NCBI GenBank assembly: GCA_946621465.1
Contig: CAMOOO010000006.1
Coordinates: 21,998 to 85,997 of the forward strand
Length of the DNA: 64,000 nucleotides
Direction: 5' to 3'
Source: an uncultured Clostridia bacterium
GTDB taxonomy: Bacteria; Bacillota; Clostridia; Christensenellales; DTU072
Below, one piece after another: positions 8,666-18,500 of this stretch (positions within the stretch are counted from its first letter, which is position 1; each line of letters begins with the position of its first letter). Made by a program: the position numbers and the translations under genes. Below the pieces are notes generated by a model. It was not told the DNA's origin. It made no database searches and was given only the letters and a program-made list of their open reading frames with translations.

Positions 8666-9811
8666 ATGATTATTACAGTCGTTTGCGATATTTACGGAAA
8701 AATGAACAACGGCAGCGATATCGTTGCCGATAATCTTATTACTTTTTTGAAAAAACAGGGGCACACTGTGCGCGTTCTTTGCGCCGATCAGACGAAAAAG
8801 GACGTGGAAGGCTACTACGTCGTGCCGCAGTTGTTTTTATTAAAACCCCTGCAAGATTACGTGGAAAAGGTGGGCGTGACGTTGCCTTTCCCCGAGATCA
8901 TGAAGGTGGAAGAGGCGGTGACGGGCGCCGACGTCGTGCATATCATGATGCCCTTTGCCTTAGGTCTTACGGCGGCGATCGCCGCACGGCGAAAAAAGAT
9001 CCCCATCACGGCGGGTTTCCACGCCCAAGCGGAAAACATCACCGGCTACCTCAAGCTCGACAAAGTGCCCGGCAGCACAAAACTTGTTTATCGCTTTCTC
9101 TATCGCCACCTCTACCGCTACTGCACCGCCATCCACTATCCGACTAAGTTCATCCGTGACGAATTTGAAAGCAATATCAAAAAAAACACGCCGGGATACG
9201 TCATCAGCAACGGCGTTCACGCCTACGTCAAACCCCGTCCGTCGGAAAAACCGGAAGAATATAAGGACAAAATAGTCATTTTAACGACGGGTAGATACGC
9301 CGAGGAAAAAGACCAGGGCACTTTAATCAAAGCCGTTAAACTTTCCAGGTACACCGACAAAATACAACTTATCTTAGGCGGGCAAGGGATCAAGGAAGAG
9401 GCGTACCGCAAGCTTGCCGAAGGAATGCCCGTGCCGCCGCTATTCAAATTCTATTCCCGCACTGAGATCATCGACGTGCTCAACTACGCCGATCTCTACG
9501 TCCATCCCGCCAAGGTTGAACTGGAAGGTATTTCCTGCATCGAAGCCATCGCCTGCGGGAAGCTTACCATCGTCTCCGACAGTAAACTTTCGGCAACCCG
9601 CAACTTCGCCGTGGACGAAAAATGTATCTTCCGCGCCGGCGACGAAGATGACCTTGCCCGCGTTATCGACTACTGGATCGATCATCCCGAAGAAAGAAAG
9701 ATCTGCGAACAAAAATATCTCGATTCCGCACTTGCCTTTGACCAGGAAAAGTGCATGGAGGAGTTGGAAAAGATGATCGTCGGCGCCGCCGAGAAAAAAG
9801 AAGCAGAATAG
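8666..9811 (+). CDS. Family 4 glycosyltransferase (GT4, glycolipid-synthase-like)
   Basis: N-terminus MIITVVCDIYGKMNNGSDIV..., C-terminal E-x7-E region (VELEGISCIEAIACG). GGAGG RBS before ATG 8666; the ORF track starts at 8594. Confidence 0.8.
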   Translation: MIITVVCDIYGKMNNGSDIVADNLITFLKKQGHTVRVLCADQTKKDVEGYYVVPQLFLLKPLQDYVEKVGVTLPFPEIMKVEEAVTGADVVHIMMPFALGLTAAIAARRKKIPITAGFHAQAENITGYLKLDKVPGSTKLVYRFLYRHLYRYCTAIHYPTKFIRDEFESNIKKNTPGYVISNGVHAYVKPRPSEKPEEYKDKIVILTTGRYAEEKDQGTLIKAVKLSRYTDKIQLILGGQGIKEEAYRKLAEGMPVPPLFKFYSRTEIIDVLNYADLYVHPAKVELEGISCIEAIACGKLTIVSDSKLSATRNFAVDEKCIFRAGDEDDLARVIDYWIDHPEERKICEQKYLDSALAFDQEKCMEELEKMIVGAAEKKEAE

Positions 9812-9812
9812 C

Positions 9813-10112
9813 AAAATACATATCCTGAAAAGTATAACGTTCGATAACGGCAGCGATTTTTACGCTGTCAAAAACTTGGAAGACAAAATCATCAAAATAT
9901 ACTTTGCGCATTCCTACAGTGTCTGGGAGCGAGGAACAAACGAAAACTATAACGGAATAGTCGGACGATTCATTCCCAAAGGAAAAGATATGACTCAATT
10001 TTCTCAAGACGATTTGAACAGAATAGCCAATAGAATCAACGATCTACCGCGTAAAATACTGAATTATAAAACACCCAAAGAGGCTTTTGCTCAAGAATTG
10101 CTGAACATTTAA
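9813..10112 (+). pseudogene. IS30-family transposase, C-terminal ~100 aa only
   Basis: The frame reads ..SITFDNGSDF..IYFAHSYSVWERGTNENYNG..PRKILNYKTPKEAF, the conserved end of IS30 DDE transposases. No N-terminal part is present; homology starts right after the GT4 stop codon. Confidence 0.8.
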
Positions 10113-10196
10113 AAATATTTGCAAACAAATTCAAAAATTTGTCGCAATATATTTTACAATTCAGCTATTTAATTATACTATCCAAAATAGAAAAAG

Positions 10197-10301
10197 CCCC
10201 ATAAAGCGAATGCTTCATGGGGAAAAGTCGGTGGTCCCCATAAAGCGAATGCTTCATGGGGAAAAATTCGGGGGTCCCCATAAAGCGAATGCTTCATGGG
10301 G
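10197..10301. repeat. Three tandem 39-40 bp units, each a CCCC..GGGG hairpin
   Basis: CCCCATAAAGCGAATGCTTCATGGGG at 10197-10222, 10236-10261 and 10276-10301. The spacers AAAAGTCGGTGGT and AAAAATTCGGGGGT are also related. Confidence 0.95.
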
Positions 10302-10396
10302 AATAGTCAGGGCATAATTACGAACGGTAATTCGCCGAAAAGATAGTGCGTACTCCGCGGAAAGTGGAATTAAGGATAAAAGATTATATTTAATAA

Positions 10397-10485
10397 TTGT
10401 AAAAGTTTTCGGAAAAGGGAGCGCGAGGGAAAGAACCATTTTGTCAAAAAGGGTTTTTCCCTCGCGTTTCTTCTACAAAACTCTT
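10397..10485. repeat. Long-hairpin intergenic element, copy c
   Basis: GTAAAAGTTTTCGGAAAAGGGAG + CGCGAGGGAAAGAACC-ATTTTGTCAAAAAG-GGTTTTTCCCTCGCG. Overlaps the stop codon (10473-10475) of the NlpC/P60 gene. Confidence 0.9.
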
Positions 10486-11303
10486 CTTGCGGTGACGTAA
10501 TTGTTCCAACGGGTGGCGGACATTTGTTCGATAACGGCGTGGTCGGAAGCGGTGTGAAGAATATAGTTGTCGCCGAGGTACAGCGCAACGTGTCCGATCC
10601 GCTCCACTCCCGTCAGGTTTTTTCGCGAGGCATTGGTCATAAAAATCAGATCCCCACGCCTCAGTTCCTCTTTGGACACTTCCGTCCCCTGCCCCACTTG
10701 CGTTCGCGTCGTCTCGCGCAAAACAACGTCCGCGCCGTAATAGAAAATATACTGCATCAGCGACGAACAATCGAACTCGCCTATATCAAAACTCTTTTGA
10801 ACGTTGCCGCCGTAAAGAAGCCTCGTCGCGCCGTAAACGTAGGGCGTACCGAGGAGCGACTCCCCAACGGAAATAACGCTCTCTATCCGCTCGTCTTCGT
10901 ACTCTACAGAAACAATGCTCGTATACCCCTCTTTTGCCGAGACGTAGCCGACGCGATTGCGATAACGGGTCTTGTACCAACCCCCTTCCCTTGCAACGTA
11001 AACTACCATGTCTCCTTTGTCAAGCGTGCCGAGCTTAGAATAGTCCGTCCCGGCACCTAAGCGTACCGTAAGGGACGGTATTAAGCACTTTATGTACCTT
11101 TTCGTATTTAAAACCGGAGTTTCTTCCGGCTCCGGTTGTTGGACTGCAACAGGCTCGGCCGGCTGCAACTCTTCTTCGGGAGGGAGAACTTCTTCGATAG
11201 CCGGATCGGTTTCTTCGGGAAGCGACCTTTCAACCGGGGCGGAACACCCGACCAGGCAATAGGCGTATGCAATGATGATAAATATAAAAAAGACCCTTTT
11301 CAT
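10473..11303 (-). CDS. SH3-domain NlpC/P60 peptidoglycan endopeptidase lipoprotein
   Basis: Lipobox LVGC in MKRVFFIFIIIAYAYCLVGC, an SH3_3-like segment (TVRLGAGTDYSKLGTLDKGDMV) and the NlpC/P60 catalytic motifs FDCSSLMQYIF and IGHVALY. Start placed at ATG 11303. Confidence 0.85.
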   Translation of the reverse strand: MKRVFFIFIIIAYAYCLVGCSAPVERSLPEETDPAIEEVLPPEEELQPAEPVAVQQPEPEETPVLNTKRYIKCLIPSLTVRLGAGTDYSKLGTLDKGDMVVYVAREGGWYKTRYRNRVGYVSAKEGYTSIVSVEYEDERIESVISVGESLLGTPYVYGATRLLYGGNVQKSFDIGEFDCSSLMQYIFYYGADVVLRETTRTQVGQGTEVSKEELRRGDLIFMTNASRKNLTGVERIGHVALYLGDNYILHTASDHAVIEQMSATRWNNYVTARRVL

Positions 11304-11355
11304 GCCTATATGGTAACACGAAAAAGGTCCTTGTTCTTCTGTAAAAAACTGGGAA

Positions 11356-12543
11356 CTATTCCTCTTCGGGCGGCAACGCCGGCGCCAGCCCCTCGGCTTT
11401 GTCAAGTTTGCGCATAATGATGTCGCTACGCTTGGACGCGTCGTCCAAAATCCTGTTCGCCCCTTCCAATTGTCCCTGCACTTTGCTGATCTGGGTTGCG
11501 AACTGTACGAAGTCCTTTTTGAATTTCATAAGCAGGTCGAATACCTCTCTCGAAGACTTCTGTACGGCAAGGGTACGGAAACCCAGTTGCAGGCTGTTAA
11601 TAAGCGCGGTTATTGTGGTCGGCCCTGCCGGAATGACCTTTAATTGTCCCTGCAATTCCTCGCATAGACCGGGATTGCGGATGACTTCGGCATATAACCC
11701 TTCCGTAGGCAGGTACATCACGGCAAAGTCCGTTGTTTTAGGCGGATTGATATAGTTGTCGCGTATGCTCCGCGCCTCTCGCTTTACCGCGGCAATGAGC
11801 GACTTTTGCGCCGATTCCACGCCGACAACGTCCCCTTTTTCCGATGCGTCCAAAAGACGTTGATAGTCTTCGGAAGGGAACTTGGCGTCGATAGGCAAGT
11901 AGACGTGTTCGCGCTCGTTTTGTCCGGGCAGTACGATGGCAAAGTCCACAAGGCCCGAGTCCTCTCCGCGGCGACGGCCGGTGACGTTGTACTGGGTCAC
12001 GTACTGCTCCTTCGTCAGTATGCCGTCCAGAATGTTCGCTAAACTGACTTCCCCCCACACGCCGCGCGTTTTGACGTTGGTCAGTACTTTCTTTAAATCG
12101 TTTACGCCGCCGGACAGGCTCTGCAATTCGCCCAGTCCTTTATTGACGTCGTCAAGCCGCTGATTGATGGTGGAAAAAGTCGCCGTAATGCGCTCGTTGA
12201 GGGTGGTGGTCAGCTTTTCCTCTACGACGGCGCGCATGGCGTTTAATTGTTTTTCGTTGTCCTGCCTGATTTCGGTCAGGTTCTTTTCCACTTGGGTGCG
12301 GACTTCCAATATCCTCGTCTCGTTGGTCGCGCTGATGTTTTTTACGTTGTCCATAACGGCGTTGAGGGTGGAATTGATCCCGCCCATTAAAGAGGTATTG
12401 GACAGTTGCGTTACCTGCGTGATGTATTCGCGGAGTTTATAATTCTCCTCGGTGACAGACGTCAATTTGGCTGAAACGGCGTCCAACGACGCCGCCATGC
12501 TTTTTTGCTGTTTAATAAGTTTTCTGATTGAAAAAAAACACAT
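11356..12543 (-). CDS. rmuC: DNA recombination protein RmuC
   Basis: Long coiled-coil N-terminus, then GVWGEVSLANIL, DFAIVLPG and YLPIDAKFP motifs typical of RmuC. Confidence 0.85.
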   Translation of the reverse strand: MCFFSIRKLIKQQKSMAASLDAVSAKLTSVTEENYKLREYITQVTQLSNTSLMGGINSTLNAVMDNVKNISATNETRILEVRTQVEKNLTEIRQDNEKQLNAMRAVVEEKLTTTLNERITATFSTINQRLDDVNKGLGELQSLSGGVNDLKKVLTNVKTRGVWGEVSLANILDGILTKEQYVTQYNVTGRRRGEDSGLVDFAIVLPGQNEREHVYLPIDAKFPSEDYQRLLDASEKGDVVGVESAQKSLIAAVKREARSIRDNYINPPKTTDFAVMYLPTEGLYAEVIRNPGLCEELQGQLKVIPAGPTTITALINSLQLGFRTLAVQKSSREVFDLLMKFKKDFVQFATQISKVQGQLEGANRILDDASKRSDIIMRKLDKAEGLAPALPPEEE

Positions 12544-12561
12544 TTTCCCTTACTTCTTTTG

Positions 12562-15500
12562 CTACCGCAGTTTGTTTCCTTTCGGTATTCCCTTCGATTG
12601 ACGACGATAAATGGAATGGGAGTAAGCGCGGTTGTAGCTGTTCATGAAACGACGTTGACGGATGCCGAGGATGATGCACACTAAGAAGATCACCAGCAGC
12701 AACGCTCCGCCGATATAAAGAACGTACTTAATCATGGTCGCCGTCAGCGGTATGCCGAGAATGGTACCGTAAGAATCCTTATTTATTTCCGTCTCCTGAA
12801 TATCTGCACGGACGCAAAGAACGTAAGTTCCCAAAGAATTTGCCGAGAAGGCAACGGACATTCCGTCAGGCTGAATTTTGGTGTTGGGGATCTTCTTCAT
12901 TGACCCGTCGATACCCAGTTCATAAACGGAGAACTGAATGTAGGAGCGATACTCTTCCGGTATAGGCAACTGAATATTGATATCGCTCGCCGCCGTTTGC
13001 GCATAGGCACCGGTCAGGGCAACACGATAAATGGACACGATGGCTCTCGGCTGCGTGCTTTCTACCGAGTTCATCAGCAGCGTCTGCGCGTTCTGATAGG
13101 TATCGGTGTTTTCGCCGTAGGTCGTTACTTCTACCGTAGCACCCGGCGCAAAGTCGCCGTCCAGTACGACGCCGGTGTCTTTATCGCTAAGCAGTAACAC
13201 TTCGCACGCCTCTTTCAAGTCCATTAACTTATTATAAAGGTTAGGCGTGAAGCAGTCGCGCTGATCGGACGTCAGATCCATATATTCGTCGTAAACACGC
13301 AGAATATCGGTGTAGTCTTCCGACTCAACCATGTTGATAGCCGGCAGCTCCTTAACGTTGGTCTCGACGTTCTGTACCTTCTCCATCAACGCATGAAGTC
13401 TGTCGAAGGCGTCGAGGAATACTTTGTAGTAGCCGTAATAAACGCTGGTCGAGTCGCCGGTAATAGCGGTCTGTATCCATTTCTGTCCGTACACTTCGTA
13501 GTTTTGGAAGGTGGTACGATAGCGGAGCATTTCCGCATAGTCCGATCTCAATTCAAAGCTCTCTTTTTGGGCGATATTCTCCAAATAATCTCTGTACCCG
13601 TCAATTTCCGTTCTCAACGTCTCCAATCTGTCGTTCAGACGAGAAATAAGGTTCTCAAAGTACTCCACGCGGCTCGGGTCCATGTATCCGGCAGCTTTTG
13701 CCAGTTCCAGATCCTCCGTCAGCTTCCTGACCATTGTCTCGTGTTCGTCGGTCAGTTCTATATTGTTGACGGTCAATGGGAAGGGTACGACGTACAAAAT
13801 GTAGTCGATCTCGTGTCCGGCTTTGTCCCGAACGTAAATATGTACGTAGCCTCGATAGTAGACGTCGGGGTCCGGTTCGTCGGCGGCGTGACGCAAAGAG
13901 TTGTCTACGCTGCTGGTGGAAAGGACTTTACCTTCGGTGGGGTTAAAAGTGAACCCTCTGGTATCCTCTTTTACCGTGATGTATTCCACGATATCGAGGT
14001 TGTCGCCTTCTACGGTTACTTTCAAGTCGATATAATGTTCCAAACCTTCGCTTGGAGTAACGCCCGACCATTTTAATTTCGGCGCGGTGGTATCGATATT
14101 GATCTCGAATACTTCGGTATGCGTCTTTCCTTTGGAGGCATCGCCGTCGGCGCTGGTCGCCGTAACGGTCAGCGTTCCGCAAACGTTGGACCGCGTGATA
14201 CTGGATACAGCCGAGGACCACACGTTCTGTTCGGGCGCGCTGTCTTCCGCATCCCAAACGTAGGTGTAAACGACGCCGGAAACGTTGGTTACGGAAACTT
14301 CTTTGGATACGCTGACGGTATCGAGCATGGTCCAGTCTCCGCTGGAAATGATCCTCTCTACCCCGGTGCCGCCCGTGGCATTGCTCTGGTTATACGTTCT
14401 GCCCGTCAACGTAAAGTAAGGTATCTGCTGGTCGACGCTGACGCGTACGCTATAAACCCTGCTCTCCACGTTTTCGGCGCCCGAACGGCTGATAGCGACA
14501 AAACGGATGATGGCGTCTCTGTTGATATTGAAACCGGACAATCTGTCCGTGCTGAATTGTTCGTAACCGATCAGCTCTTTACCTTTTTCACCGTTATCAC
14601 TGGCGTAGAGGCTGTCCTGTCTGCCGTTGGTAAGGAAGGTCATACTATAATAGACGCGGATACCGGACGCCGGCATTCTGGTGACGTCTATCTTAATGGA
14701 AACAGGTCCGTTCGTCCAGTTCTTGTCACCGTCCATACTGGTGGTGACGCCGCTGGCATAGGGCAGACCGTTGTGGTCGTACATAAGAACGTTAAATTCC
14801 GGCACCGTTTCGTCAATGGCGATATAAATATTGCCGCAATCGACGTATGCGCCCGCTTTGTTGATGGCTCTGAAGAAGAAGGTCGACATGACGCCGTTTT
14901 CAAAGGGGTGTCCGCTCTCGTTGACGTACTCGGCGAGGGAATCGGCGGTGAAAGTCAATTCTTTCAGAACGTCCGCCGTATAGTAGTTGACCGAGCCTGC
15001 TTCCATATAGTCGAACCAGGTTTTACGGTTGTCTACCGAGAACATGAACCGATAGTAGTTTTGCGCGTCGTTTCGTTTCGACGACTTAATGGTCATGCTG
15101 ACGCTGACTTTTTCCTGCCAGAGGAATTCATACATGTTGTTGTTGCCGAAGTCCGCGCCGTTACCGGCGGTAAGCGCCGTCGCGGTAAGTACGCTCGGGT
15201 CGTAGAGGAATTCATATATGGTACTCAGATTGACGTCGTACCCTTCCAACAAAGAGCTGTTGATATAATCGGATCCGGAGAAGGTCCCTACGGTGTTGAT
15301 GGCAAAAAGCATTACGTAAACGGAGGAATACTCCTCTTCTTTGAAGTTACTGCTCAGCCCGAACAGGTCGACCGCCGTAGAGCCGATCAGCGTCATGTCG
15401 GAAGAAGTATTGTATCTATCCGCAGGACTGGTCGGTAAAACTTTGTAATAGAAAGAGATAGTGGAGTGGTTATCGTCCACGTTGACCGACGCTGCGTTGA

Positions 15501-18500
15501 GATAAATCTTATCTTTGGTGTGAATGGTCACGTATTCTTTACCGGCTTCGACGCGCGTTTCCACCCTGCCGCCTTCCGTTCTGTTGGTAATGATATTCAT
15601 GATATCGGGCGTGGTGTTGTCGATACGAATGGTTTTACGGGACTGTTGCTCGTAGCCGTAGGAGCGATACTTCGCTTTGTTGCAGACGCTCAAAGCAATC
15701 TCGCCGTAGAAAGAGCTGTTGGTAAAGGGAATATCAAACACGTACTGTCTGTTACCGTCGTAGTGACCATACGCAAGCACCCAGGTGCTTTCGTCGTCCA
15801 GTATGGCGTTGATATTCGCCGAGCCGTTTTTGATCAGTTTATAATAGAAAGTATAACCGCTCTCCACGCGCAAATCAACGTCGCTTTCGTTGACTTTTAA
15901 GCCGACCGTTACAGTTAGCGACCCCGTCTTCCAGGTGCCGTTACTCATGTCGTTCTCGTCCGAAAGGGAGTTGGAAAGGTTGATACTGAAGTTAATCGTC
16001 GCTTTTAACGTATCGTAATCGATACAAATGACGTACATACCGCTTCTGTTGGAGTATCCCTGCCAGTTCCGCGTTTTGCTCCTGATGTAGACGGCGTAGT
16101 AATAGGTACCCTGTTTATTTTCCAGGACCGCCGCGTTGATAGAGCGTTCGGAAACGGCAATGAAATGAGAGGTATCCAACCTCTCGGCGTAATTGAGTAG
16201 CTCGGTCTTAGAGGGCGTCGCGCCGCTGATCGAACCCATATCCTCGACGGTAAAGGGATAGTAATAGACGTTGTAGTGATCTTCGATCCCCGTTCTGTCC
16301 AGCGAGCTGGAAAAACTCAGCGCGTAGTTCTCCGAAACGGAAAAGTCGTCCGCGGAAATAACGGCGCTTCCGCCGGAATTGAGGTTCCAGGCGCGGTCGT
16401 TTTTACCGGTGGCGCTGGTGACGTTGACCGTCCGAAGTTGAATGGTTTCCGTCGCGTCGAAGCTGATAGTAAAGGTAACGTCGGCGGATATTCCGCTCCC
16501 CGTATAGATACGGTAACGGTATTCCTGTACGAAGATAGTCGAGGTCGTTTCGTTCCTCAGCTCGAAGAAGTAGTAGTAGCTGTTGGAAACGACCATATCC
16601 TCTTTTCTGAAGCCGGAGACCTCTTGCCAAACAAGATTGCCGGAGGTATCGTACATGGCGTTACCGGCGGCGTCTTTGGCATAGACCATTTCTTTCAGCT
16701 TAATTCCGGAGACGCCCTCTTGTACGCAAAGGACGAAAAGGACCGGCCCGTTGACCCAACCGGGTTCGGGATTGTCGGTGTTTTGATCGTCGTTCCACCA
16801 TGCGATATGACGGAGATACTTTTCGTTCTCGCTGTCGTATGCCTCCTCCTCTTCGTAGGAGTGATCGGTGATGGTGTTGACGTTTTTAAGGGAATTGATA
16901 CTGACGTTTCCGCCCGTTACCGGATAGAGATAGGCATCCCACGCATAGGTCGGTTTGGCAACGTCAATGGCAATGATATCATAGGACTGACGGGTCTCTC
17001 CGCTCAGCTTCCCGGCGGCGTTCATCGCGCGGAAATTGAAATACGATCTCGCGCTGGCGTCCTTTAACTCGAACTCGTATATCCACATGATATCGCCGTT
17101 CTTATCGTCGTAGTACTCTACCGGGACGCCTTCCGATTTATGTTGCTTTTTTATTCTCGATTCGAGAGAGCTTCCGTCCTCTTCCAGTTCGCCCGCCCAA
17201 TAATAGAAGGTGTATTTTGTGGTGGGGTTGTCTTTCGCGTCCACGGAAACAATGGCGCGGACGATGGCCTTATCGGCAATCCATCCGTCCTGGTTATACT
17301 GCGCGATGAGGTAGTTGTCCTCGGGCAGAGCAAAGGTATAGACGCTGTTAAGGACGATGACGCGGACCTCCGCCTCGCCGCTGTATACGCCGGCGCCGCT
17401 TCTTATACGGAAGCGCACGAACCTGGTCGCGGAAATTTGTTTGCCTACGTTGAAAGTGTACAGATAGCACCGTTCGTTATTCGCCAGTTCATAGCTCGTC
17501 ATGGTCTGCCAGTTGTTGGTGTAACTGTCCTTATCCGATCTATCCTGGCACTCGAAGACGACGCCGCTGGTGTTGACGATAGGTTCGCCGGCGATCGTCC
17601 TGTTGTAGACCTTTATCATGACTTTGTTATTGGCGTACCCGTAGGCTCTGACCGTCGGGACGACGCCCCCTAGGTCGTTCCTGTCCTCGTACGACAGTTC
17701 CAGATCACAGTCCTCGTTAGAAGAGCTGCCGTCCGGGTCGATGGTATACCCTATCGTTCTTACCTGCGGTACGACGCTGTCGATATTGACGACGAAATTA
17801 TTGGGGTAGTCGTACGTTTGACCGGCAACGGTCACCGCACGGAAAATAACGGAAGAAGCGGACTGGGACAGCTCCAACGTGTTGCTGCCCAGTTCGATAT
17901 ATCCGCCTCCGGAGAGGGAATACATATAAGTGACGTCGGAAATGCAGGAGCTACTGTCGCTAAGCGTAAACCGAACGGTGTTGCTCGTCCACGTTCCGGA
18001 ACGGTAAGTGTCCAGCTCGGAGTTAGGCGAATAGGTCTGCGAAATAACGTCGAAGTGGGGGGCCACCGGATCCAGTTGCAACCGAATGGGTGTGTCGCTT
18101 AAAGACTCGCCCAATCCGTCGGAGTCGTTGCTGAAAAAGGCGAACTGCGGATTGCCTCCGGTGATATCCGTCACGCGGAACCACATGACGATGCCGTTCA
18201 GGCTCTTGGAAATGGATACCTCGTTGCTCCCGTCCACAAACTGCGACCAGTTGGCCTTTTTCGCACTCTCGATCAGCGCTCTGTTGTACGCCTCGTCGCT
18301 GGGATAAAGGAGGGAGAACTGCGCGTAATAATTTTGGAAGTACCCCTCGAAGTTTTCCGAATAAGAAAGCAGCTCTTTGGAGCGGTCGTAGGTGTAGATG
18401 TAACTAAGACCGTCGTCGCTGAGAACTTTGTTGTCGTCGCCGTTCATGATCTCGGTCACAACGGTAAAGACGATGGGGTTCGCCGTCCACGCGCCGCGGT

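Larger units (their letters stand above)
8529..10184. mobile_element. IS30-family element carcass: imperfect terminal inverted repeats enclosing a GT4 gene and a 3' transposase remnant
   Basis: The 22-bp core TAGCTGAATTGTAAAATATATT (8543-8564) is the exact reverse complement of 10146-10167. Similarity extends with indels to 8529 and 10184. The right repeat lies 34 nt after the stop of the transposase remnant. Confidence 0.55.

Noticed and set aside
10197-10301. Possible CRISPR array (three regularly spaced repeats)
   Set aside because: The repeats are 26 bp and the spacers only 13-14 bp, and the spacers are themselves related to each other. There are no cas genes in the window. The structure is a tandem duplication of a hairpin unit.
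10254-10439. 61-aa minus-strand ORF across the tandem hairpins
   Set aside because: Its sequence is just the repeated translation of the hairpin unit (PHEAFALWG repeated), and it has no RBS.
12531-12543. T8 homopolymer directly after the rmuC start codon, as a slipped-strand phase-variation switch
   Set aside because: A single 8-nt tract in an AT-rich codon context (ATG TGT TTT TTT TCA) is not evidence of phase variation. Nothing in this single sequence shows length heterogeneity.
14119-15438. 439-aa plus-strand ORF, and several other 100-300 aa ORFs, inside the giant surface-protein gene
   Set aside because: They are antisense to a continuous 2183-aa ORF that has a signal peptide, repeated modules and a TM anchor. 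Their translations are Arg/Gly/Val-rich shadow frames.
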